Positions 27,301 to 37,400 of a stretch of 64,000 nucleotides of DNA are shown here, piece by piece. The translations under genes were made by a program, and so were the position numbers. Location of the stretch: positions 18,397,700-18,461,699 of the forward strand of contig OZ037768.1 of assembly GCA_964035545.1 (NCBI GenBank), given 5' to 3'. The DNA is from Bugula neritina. Lineage: Eukaryota; Animalia; Bryozoa. Position 1 is the stretch's first letter; every line of letters starts with the position of its first letter. The notes below the pieces were generated by a model. That model did no database searches. It was not told the origin of the DNA and saw only the letters and a program-made list of their open reading frames with translations.

Positions 27301-30300
27301 CAACATCCTGGTAACCTTTGCGATACAACATGGTACTAAGGCTAACAAGTTTGTACATGAATATAATTTATATGTTTAATCAACAATTTGATAGGCTGTT
27401 TTATAAAATTCATTATATATATTTAATGAATAAATTTCAACACACAGTTTAGGAAGCCGGATAGGTAGTAGAATACGGCAAGGGTAACTCACTTGGACTG
27501 GTATCAACTATTAGATTGTATGCTGCGCTGGTCCTAGACTCAGTTCCTCCACCCTCGATAGACACGGTGCAGTAGTAGGCAGCGTCGTCAGCGCTAGTAA
27601 CCGAGCTGAAATACAGGCTGCCAGACTTTGACACCAAGATGTGATTTCCATAACGTGGACTAATCCAATCCGTAGGATCATTGTTCTTGAACCATCTGTA
27701 GTTGTACCCTAAAATTTAAAAGTAATGTTTCAAATGATGATTTTTCAAATATTTTGCATATTCATTACCATGCAACAGTTTAGTAAATACATTTCCGCTC
27801 AAAAATGACTGGCCAGATTGAGGATGTAGCCCCACTTCTAGAGTGTTTGCTTCTGTGTTTAAGCATATAGCATGTCGAACTCCAAAAACTGAAACTGTCA
27901 ACAATGAAACATGTATACACAACTCAACAGGAATCAAACAACAAGGTAGAGATATTGAAAAAAGCTAGATTAGAAATGTAGCAAAAGAAGTTATATTCTT
28001 GTATTTTAATTTCAACGCGTGCCCCAAACCAAACTTTTTTGAGAAACTTGAAGAATTTGGGCTACTAAAAATCTTGAATACTGCACTTAAATGGACAAAC
28101 ATCCAGCAGACAAAAACAAACAACACTTACCGATGCCATCTTGTTTATCGTGATCGCAAACAATTACAGCTGACTCATATGCTCTAGCTGGAACATCTTT
28201 ATCATTGTTTGGAAATTCATTCAGGGCTAGAAAAGAATTACAGTTGCCTACTATACAATTTGACTTTAACTAAACTGGCAAACGTTGTGAGAATAGAGCC
28301 ATGCAATTTCCTACACATTGGAAATAAAAATATAACTTTTATCAGAAGTCTGTCCCATGATGAACACAAAATGACTTCTACTCACTCTATTTTATTATGC
28401 TGATGGTGGGAAAGTAACTTAACTTTATTTAAGTAAGTGCTTTTCATATTATATTGTCTTGCAACAACTTCACATGCTTTGATTGGCTAAAGAAACGACT
28501 TACTGATATATGAGATGGAGGCTGATTCACTTTTGACTTTTCCAAACTGATTGGAAGCCTCACACCAATAAGATGAAGTGTCTCGGTCTCTGCTAGGATC
28601 ATGTATGGTGAGGCGGCCATTAGTGATGGTGATGTGATTAGCATTAGTAGCAACTATCGGTACGGCCTGAAATATTTCAAGTGTTGTGAAAAATAAGCTA
28701 TACGCAATCAGGGTTTTTAGAAGTTGTTGCGATGCAGTGTGGTTGATCAGAATACATAGCCCAGTACTGTTGCTGACCGTATGCAGAAACGTAATTCACA
28801 AAAAAAAACTTCATACGTTTATAACTTCAAGATTTTCAGTCACAAATTCAATTTGGTGGAGTGACAAATTTCACCAATTTGTAAAAGCCACTCGTGAAAA
28901 TTTTTGTCTTGAGACTTAACTTAATCATGAGATTAACTAAAACCCCTTATTAACTGAAACTGAAGGTAAAAACACACCTTATTAAAATTATAAATGAATA
29001 CAAGAACCACCAAGAGAAGCAGCTGAAAACAACCAAATGCACTTTTCCAAGTTTATGTTTTTGCCCTTGGCAGATCTAGTGAAGACTTGATGACATTTTA
29101 TTCTACAAAGTCTCAATTTCTCTCACCTCTGCCCCTAATCCTGCGTACCACTGGTAGGTAGGTTGGGGGTATCCCTTGGCGTCACATTCAAAGGTCACCG
29201 AGGGACAATCTTGAGTGCATGCCGGAGCATCTATGCTAATTTGAAAGCGAATATCCTGAGGTTGTGTCACAAAGTAGGGACCTCTGTAGATCCTATCCGG
29301 ATGCACATCGTCAGCTCCAAAAACTAAAAACAATTGATTTACTGTCATTTTATCAACTTGTTCACTATGCAATCTATCAAACTGGTGTTCAACCATATTC
29401 TATTAAACTTAAGAGGTTATAAAAAATGTTTCCGGTGAAGTTAACCAATATATGTATATCTAATATTCATTTTATAAAACGAAAAGTTGATGAATTGTTA
29501 GATCTTAATATGGTTATTAAAGTTACATTTCTAAACTTGAGTCAAAAAAAAGTAAGAAAAGCCAAGACAAAGAGAAAAAGTGGCTGTTATAAGAGTAAAA
29601 ATACTCAGATTATCATTTCCCTATTTAATGATTAAACCATAATTGACAATAGTTTATAGAGTATATGAAACTTTAAACAGACTTGGTTAATAAGTTTGAA
29701 AAAATTTGCTTAAAAATTGCATCAGTAATGAGGATTACCAAGTAAATTGGTTCTCAAGAAACAAAAAGCATTTGTATGAAAAATGCAGAAAATATTTATT
29801 TGAAGAAAAATTCCATACTAAAAAGATCAATGTACTCACTAAAATCTCTTGCATTAGAATTAATTTCCGTCGCCTCAACTTTGAGTATCTCACAGATATA
29901 AGCTCTCTTGATTTCACCAACTCCTCTGACCCAGAAGTAACCGGGTTGATCCTGGTGGTTTCCCGTGTCATCATACTCATACACTACGTAGTCACCAGTA
30001 TCTGCCTGGGGGGTTTCTGGTGTAGTCCAAAAGACTGTGGAACCAAAACCTGTACCATCCAACCACTGGAAGGTGGGACTTGTACTGATGGAGTTTGGTT
30101 GCACGTGTCCAGACGTGTACCAGGTGTTACGCTGACCTGGTTTATCATCATTTATTGAAAACCAATTTTGTACAAACTGATTTTCTGCTTCAGAGTTGAT
30201 ACTGATAAGTTCAGCACCTTGTTTCTACAATAAGTAAGTACACTAATAATAAATAAATGAATCACTAAACATATACCAAAATTTCAACAATGATGGTAGT

Positions 30301-31902
30301 ATCAGTATGGTTTCTTAAAATAGTTTACAACTTCCCAACTAATGATCAAAACATTCAAACTGTGACTGTGATTTTCAGTTTAAATCTCATTAAACAACTT
30401 TGCTTCTGTATATCTTTCGGGAATTGCAGTCGAAAAATCTTTGGAAAATATGAGCTGTTATTTTATTATTCATTTCTACTTATTGATAAGTATGAATTGT
30501 TGATATGTTACTGGGATAGCTATATGAGTGATACTACGGTAAACCGATAGAGCTCTGAAATAAAATATTATTTCATTTGTAGTCATTGATATTTCAGCCG
30601 TTCAATTTAGTATGCACAACTTCTCAAGTGGGGAGTTTGATTTTCAATTCAATTGTCCATATCTTAAAAATAGCTAAACCACTCTCAAATCTTTATTTGC
30701 TCTTCGCTATAGGCCCATCAGCACATTTTCTATATTTCTAGAGGTCAAGTTAAAACAGGGCAAAATTGCCTGGAACTAACAAATATACAATTTGGGGTAA
30801 AAAGACAACTATATGTTTATATGGTTAGTACGCTGGCTCACAACCTTTTTAGTATGTTTTATATATTTTCTCTCCCCACTTGTTAGCCAATGTTTGTGCA
30901 AAGCAAAACGATGATGTGAATTGCTTTTAGTATATCGTCATTCAGACATTATCTTATGAAACAAACCCTATAACCAAGTTAAAAAATATTACTTCGCCTA
31001 AATTAAAATTTTTATCACAATAGCTCAGCATTTATGCCACAAACGTCTAGGAGTATGGCAAAACTTTTCAAAATCTTGTGTCACTATACTCCGTGTCACC
31101 TACACACTTGATTAACTTATTCCCTTTAGATCATAAAAAGCATACAGAATGCTAATATTATATTTCATAATTGAAAAGACAGGCCATTCCTATACAGCAC
31201 CAGCAACAAACATCTTAATTGCAGTCACAACTGTGAAAACCGGTCTCCAACTTGTGAATTGGTGTAATTTGACAAAATAAGAACAAACTTATTGGTTTGA
31301 GGAGGATATTTTTTAATACCTAAAAATCAATTACAACAAAACACTGAATACCTGTAACAGTAACCTGGTATCCTTTATGTAACACTTACCTGACAATTGA
31401 TCATAGCATCTTCCCAAGACAACAGGGAATCTACATCTGACACAAACTTGTAACACTTAGATGATTCTGGAACCCATGGAGACGGACATTCAGGAGAAAC
31501 TGAAACATTAAACTGTTTAGTAGTATAAATCATAAACATCTCAGTAACATAACACAGAGAGAAACATATGATAATATACATGTCTATCAAGACAATTCAC
31601 TGAGGTAGTACACAATATTAGTAAATCTTCTAGTTTAAAAGCAAGACATTTCATTGGCCTATCACAAGCAAACAAGTTCAATTTTATACATTTACAAATA
31701 AGATGACTATCATCATCACAATCCTTTAACATTTTAATAATTGCATAAATTAAGTTAATTAATATTGTTTGTGTTTAATAATACGTTTTTTATCTACAAA
31801 ATATGCTAATAAATTTAGAGCAGTGATCTTACCAGGATTTTGACTAACAGCACACTCTGTTAGCAGAGTGATTATTAATAAACATAGTCTGAGGAACATC
31901 AT
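18393..31902 (-). CDS. Cont: Contactin (CTL-6Ig-4FN3-GPI), tandem copy B; complete, 24 coding exons, about 1281 aa
   Basis: Exons 31833-31902, 31390-31499, 29840-30224, 29127-29323, 28504-28666, 28131-28226, 27493-27708, 27210-27315, 26403-26605, 25656-25750, 25317-25509, 24674-24804, 24109-24298, 23886-24014, 23240-23410, 22612-22770, 22156-22281, 21828-22015, 21254-21425, 20659-20780, 19800-19986, 19309-19424, 18824-19004, 18393-18532. Exon sizes and phases match copy A except +3 nt in exon 7 and -15 nt in exon 19. The last exon ends LCSGSYCLSASYISISFILIFHQILAGVF*: small residues followed by a hydrophobic tail and no cytoplasmic domain, i.e. GPI-signal-like. Confidence 0.92.
19992..20063. 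repeat. 24-bp minisatellite abutting the exon-21 acceptor (3 units in B; 2 units in A at about 2899-2946)
   Basis: GGTAAACACAGTGGATGTAGTGTG-type units shared by both paralogues. Confidence 0.7.
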
Positions 31903-32633
31903 CAACTCACTGCCACCTCTCAAACACAGAGAACTTTCAGCTCACACCTATAAAAGAAATGATTTACAAAAACATTGAACAAATTTAATAAAGCTACCGT
32001 TTTATGAGCACATTAGACAAACCAGTCATTTTCAATGAGAAATCAGCTTTATTAGAGCTTGATACACAAAAATCTAGAAAAATATAACAATCATTATTTT
32101 TTAAAACTAATGGCCTATTTGATTTTCGAGTTTATTTAATACAGAGCAAACTTATGAGTTGCAAACAAAACTATTTAACTATTAAGAAGTGCAGCGATCA
32201 TATATTAACTTTTATATTTAACATAAAACACCCATTTTTGCATTCATTACTAATAACAGTAATGCCGATGGGATTATTAAAATAAAAACTTTAGCCAAAA
32301 AGATAATTGCTAAATATTGAATAATTATAAAAACCAGCTCTGAAAACAGCTACTAGCTATCTAATTTAAATTTATTACAAACATTCAATATTGTTAGCTT
32401 CTGTTTAAAGCTTTTATACACAAAAAACTATTGTAGCTGAATTATTTGTAATTTATATTAGTAAAACAAAATACTATGAAAGAAAATAAAAGAATAGTGC
32501 AATGGCCATCTGTAACAGTTATCTTTCTGATTACTACTACTGCCATTGACTATGCACTCATTAGACCTAAACTGATGAAATAAATAAAATTCAAACTTGT
32601 TAAATTCCATTTCACTTTTCAGGTGATGGCGAA

Positions 32634-32847
32634 CGGTGTCCAGCAAAAATGGCACAGGTAAAAGTGTCACAGGTAATAATGGCACAGGTAAAAATGGCAA
32701 CTGGTTCAATATTAGGGTTTGAGGTGGGGTTGGGTGTTAAGGATGCGGGTTTAAGGGTTTGAGTTTGGGAAAATTTAACATCAGCGTGCCATTTTGCTAC
32801 TTTTCCATTTATGCCCTTATTACCAGTGCCATTTTTACCTAAAATCG
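32634..32847. mobile_element. 214-bp non-autonomous DNA transposon with subterminal 15-bp repeats and 8-bp TSD (hAT-like)
   Basis: (CAGGTAAAAATGGCA)-type tandem units on the left, inverted GTGCCATTTTTACCT on the right, a central GGGTT-rich tract, and flanks ATGGCGAA (32626-32633) / ATGGTGAA (32848-32855). Confidence 0.75.
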
Positions 32848-33201
32848 ATGGTGAACATCATCAGCAAGAATATGGCTAATCTAGGATTTTGAATACTATT
32901 ATGAGCTGGTCTAATGCTTGAAACAGAACTGTTATCATAATCATCATGTGAAATTGTATGCATACTCATACTCACAGGCCATAAAAGCTCAAGGTGATAT
33001 AATTTTCAGTCATAATTATTTATTATAATATTAAATTTAATAGCTAATACTTTGTATCAGCGTACACTGACCCTGAAAGGAATTAACATCTGGACTAGTT
33101 GTAAATATTGCCTCAGTATACACTGATTCTGTAAAGAATGGACATCTGGACTAATGTAAATATTGTCTCAGTATAGCCAATGACCTTTGGACTAGTTGCA
33201 A

Positions 33202-33263
33202 AATCTTTCCATGGATTGATCTCGGATCGAACAATTTCGCTGAGATCGATCCATGGAAAGATT
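33202..33263 (+). other. 62-nt hairpin (24-bp stem, 14-nt loop)
   Basis: AATCTTTCCATGGATTGATCTCGG pairs with CTGAGATCGATCCATGGAAAGATT; the only two non-Watson-Crick pairs are G-U on the + strand. Preceded by a roughly 56-bp tandem duplication (33064-33200). Confidence 0.75.
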
Positions 33264-33431
33264 CTTAACCTAAGTCATTTGGATAGTACACAGCAGATAG
33301 TGAAAAAGTCTCTTAGCCTACAACTGGTTAGCCATTAGTTTAATAAGAAGTAAAGTTGCACATTTCAACACAACTGTTTAAAGGTCAAACTATCCAGAAT
33401 AATATACATGCTAGTAACACTTATAAAGGGA

Positions 33432-33972
33432 AATAATTATAGTAATAGTAATACAGTTTTAGCTAAGTAATTATTAAATAATAACAATTTTAGTCTGAAT
33501 TCTTGTAATTATGTGATAATCAAAATTGTTTCTCTCAAACATGAGTTAATAACTAATGTAATGTATGATGATTATTAGGCTATCTTAACTTTTAAACTTT
33601 AACTTTAAGTTTGTGATTTAGTTTTACTTGCTAACTATAAGTATGTGCTAGTATTCACTATACGTCTTTGAGATGTTTAGCAACACTGCTGTTTCATATT
33701 ATCAATGAAAAACAGCGGCGTTGCCAAACCTGTCAATGGTGTGTAGTGGATACTAGCACATACTTAAAGTTAGCAAGTAAAACTAAATCACAAACTTAAA
33801 GTTAAAGTTTAAAAGTTAGGATAGCCTAATAATCATCATACATTACATTGATTATTAACTCATGTTTGAGAGAAACGATTCTGATTATCACATAATCACA
33901 AGAATTCAGACTAAAATTGTTATTAATTAATAATTACTTAACTAAAACTGTATTACTATTACTATAATTATT
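33432..33972. repeat. About 540-bp near-perfect palindrome (foldback-like)
   Basis: 33432-33663 is the reverse complement of about 33741-33972 with 11 mismatches by hand count; the inner part is also self-complementary. Confidence 0.92.
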
Positions 33973-33974
33973 AG

Positions 33975-36050
33975 TTTTACTATTGAATTTAGTAGTAGTA
34001 ATACTATAACTACCAGTATGAGTATCACTACCAGTACAAATTAATGAATTATCTATTATGTTATTATCTAATAGTAATAGCTCTGACTCATAACACCCAC
34101 ACTGAAGGCGAGTCTGACAGTGACACTGACTCAGTTTGAGTTCCAGTTCTACTTCCAGTTTTAGTATAACTCACTATAACTATAATTATAGTATCAGTAT
34201 GACATTGACTACCACTTACACTATGACGTTGAGTATAACTATAAGATTAAGTATGAGCAGCAGTAAAACTAACTTGCAGTTACTGTTACTGATGAGTGAG
34301 TATCACTATGACTATCAGTATGAGAAAACTATGGCTATATTCATGACTATCGATATGACTATGAGTATCAGTACAGTGAGTATGAGACTCAGACTGACTC
34401 TCACTCTGAGTACAAAGTTAACTAATAACTGTACAACTACAACTAGTACTACAACTACAAGCCACAATGACAATTACAATAGCCAAGCATTAGCATTATG
34501 ATTATTCCATTAGCCTTAGAGTTAGACTTACTCTTACTCTTAGTATTACCTATTGGCTATTAGTATTACGACCATCACATTATGATTGAGTGATTATCAT
34601 TATGATTCACTATCACTAAGACATTGATGATTGACTATCACTATCACTATGAGTATGACTATGAGTATGATGATCAATATGAATATCAGCAGGACTATGA
34701 CTCTAAGAGTAAGAGTAACTGTAAGACTAAGAGTAACTGTAAGTCTATCACTCTATGACTATGAGATTGAGACTCAGACTTGAGTATCAGTATGACTATG
34801 TTTATTCATTATGATTATATGTATTGTATTTCACTGCTTATAGTATAACTATAAGTATAAGTATAAGTATAAGTATTTGTTTACCATTATCAATTATGAG
34901 CTTATCATTATATTTAAGTGTTACCTCGCTTTGCTTTGAAGGCCAGGCTAGAATGAGAATAACTGTGAGTTTTAACTACGTCACTTTTACTAGTCACTCT
35001 TTACAAATAGACTTATAGTTGATGAGCTATGCTATATAAATTATAATCCTTTCAATTTCATTACTCTGGGTGACTCTGACTTTTACGACCTACTTTGATA
35101 TTCGTTCAGTTGCGCGATCTTGTCAGATTTGAGAGTTGTCTATCTATGATGAATTGCATATATGACAGATAATGATTATTGCCCTTGGGTCCGGCGTGAA
35201 ATGAAAATCATATACTAGTATAAAATTAAAATCGTATTTTATTGTAGTATATACGATGATTAATTGAGTAGTTTAAAATTCAAAGCCGATTCCAGTATCG
35301 CGTCTTCTTTGATTAAATTTGAAACTTTTTTTTTTTCTATTACAATCATCATTGGCATTAGAATTGCTACTAGAATAAATAAGAATTACAACATGAATAT
35401 TAATGGTCACATTGGTACATATTGCTATGTTATTATTAAAGTGTTGTTATATGTTGGGAGTTGATAGATTTATGTAATTCCTTGTATTTTGTAATACTAA
35501 TTTTAATTGAAACAAAAATGTCGAATCACTAATCTCAAAGTCAAATCTGTAATCAGAAATGTATTTCAAGTTCAACTTCAACTTTTACTTGTACTGCTAA
35601 TTAGTCTAGTAGGAGTTGCAGTTGTTACTTGTTAGCCTTGGTGCGGTGAAGTAAACTTAAACTAACTCCTAGTTTTATTTATTGTTAATGCTATCTTTAA
35701 TTTTATATTTAATTTTATGATTATTGTAATTCACTAATACTAATAGTAATAGTAATTGTAATTTAAATTAATATTTAATTTTATTAATATTAATCTTGTA
35801 ATTATTGACATTTACTTCTAAGTTTTTACTTCAAGCCTTAGTCTACGTCCTAGCCTGAGCTTGAGGATGACTTACAGTCACTAGAAGTAGAAGTAAATCA
35901 TCATAATAATCATAATTAATATTATATGATAATGATTGTAATTGCCAATAGCAAAAATAATGTGTGCTGTTAGTGTATCAGTATGATTATTGCTACCATT
36001 ACGTAATCATTATGATTATGGCAATACTTAATTATAACTTGAGCAAAGTT
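33975..36050. repeat. Degenerate 6-nt-periodic low-complexity tract (ACTATG/AGTATG/AGTATA-type)
   Basis: Runs such as actatgagtatgactatgagtatg and ataagtataagtataagtata; boundaries approximate. Confidence 0.65.
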
Positions 36051-36099
36051 TTTTGAATGAATGTCAACTTAATGAGATATGACTAATAGCTTGGCTCTC

Positions 36100-37400
36100 T
36101 GCCCCCCCCCCACAATTATGAATTGAATAAACTCTAGCTAAAAGAAATCCTCTCAACAACTAACTTTCAAATGACCTTTAGATGTTTGGAAATCATGCAA
36201 CAATGTTTAAATATTTTTTAAAAGACTGATTTTCTAGCACAATTGTTCGAGAGAGTACTTCAATCTTCAAATATTTGAGTTCTGATGAATAATCTCAGAA
36301 TAGTTTTACCCCTGAAGATATTTTTTAATGAGATAAGCTGCAATGGTCAATTGTTGGCAGAGGATAAGACAAATCTAATGTTTCCATAATACTAGTGCTG
36401 CAGCTGCTTTGGTGTTATTCATCTACCACAATATTTTACTTATGCGAATGCAAGGTTGAGTGCATAAATAATTATAGCATTTTATGTAGCAAATGCATAA
36501 ATTTGCAACAAAGCATAATTATTCAATTTATATATTTCGACTGCTGAGTCATACCCCCTTAGGCTCTTAGTAACATGTAAACATAATACAAACTGAATAT
36601 TTAGTTTTAGTGCTACAGAAAGCTTTGCTTCTTTAGCAAAGAATTTAGTGCCTATAACATTGAGATGGTGTTTCAATTATGCCATTATAAAACCTTGGCT
36701 CATAAAACACAAGTGGTTACTACTAAAACTGAACCTATGTGAGTGTATTATAATATGAATTAATAAACGAATACCAGTAAGTTTGAAAATCATCAACAAT
36801 ATTTTTAAAAAAGAAACAGCTATTGAATTCAATGACAGCCAGTGTGGTGCCACCGTTGTTTGGCATTGTTCAATTCTAAATTTTGATATAAGCATGTTTA
36901 GCAACAGGGAAATACCAGCAGCTTTTGCCTATCTGATCATGAATAATCTACTACGATAGCCTCTGGGGATTTGTAGCACCTAAGAGGCTTCAATAATCTA
37001 TGGGTTTGAATACAATTATCATTTGAACTAAATAATGACGCAAATAGTAAACACAGTGACTTATCCTTTGTACTAAAGTTATAATTTTACTGCAAAGTTT
37101 CAATATTATGTTTGCTCTATGCAGAATGGTAGAAACAAGGTATATGAAAACTTTCTGTGTAGTTTGCATGGCTTTGAACCTCTATATTTTGTTGCAATTA
37201 AAGCAATGTTTTTCAGTCAAACTAGGTTTTCATAATCTTGTTTAAATATATTTGTTCCATAGTTGTTTAGGGGGAAGGTTTCATGGTAAATCAAATATAC
37301 AAATGACTTCATAATTATTCACCAATATTGTGCTAGTGTCGTGTACTCATCAGGGAATGTTTGCATGTGTTTTGAAATCAATCATATTTTGTGCCTTCTT
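36100..37400 (-). pseudogene. Possible heavily decayed hAT/ZMYM1-like transposase relic
   Basis: Broken minus-strand fragments occur in the expected order: RGYDSA (about 36540-36560), CY..ALNLA (about 36445-36480), ILCQQLT (about 36343-36365). They resemble the GQGYDGA, HCYAHALNLA and LCPTRW motifs. Many stops and frameshifts. Confidence 0.3.

Noticed and set aside
961-31902. Dscam-style mutually exclusive exon clusters within one gene
   Set aside because: The duplicated exons form two complete colinear genes, each with its own signal-peptide exon; B has its own stop codon. No tandem alternative exons were seen in the introns.
961-31902. Uncollapsed haplotype (false duplication)
   Set aside because: Most introns do not align by eye and some exons differ by about 25%, too much for typical alleles; long reads are still needed to exclude local polishing artefacts.
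34136-34501. 121-aa Ser/Thr/Met-rich + strand ORF
   Set aside because: By-product of the hexamer-periodic low-complexity tract; non-ATG start, no splice or domain support.
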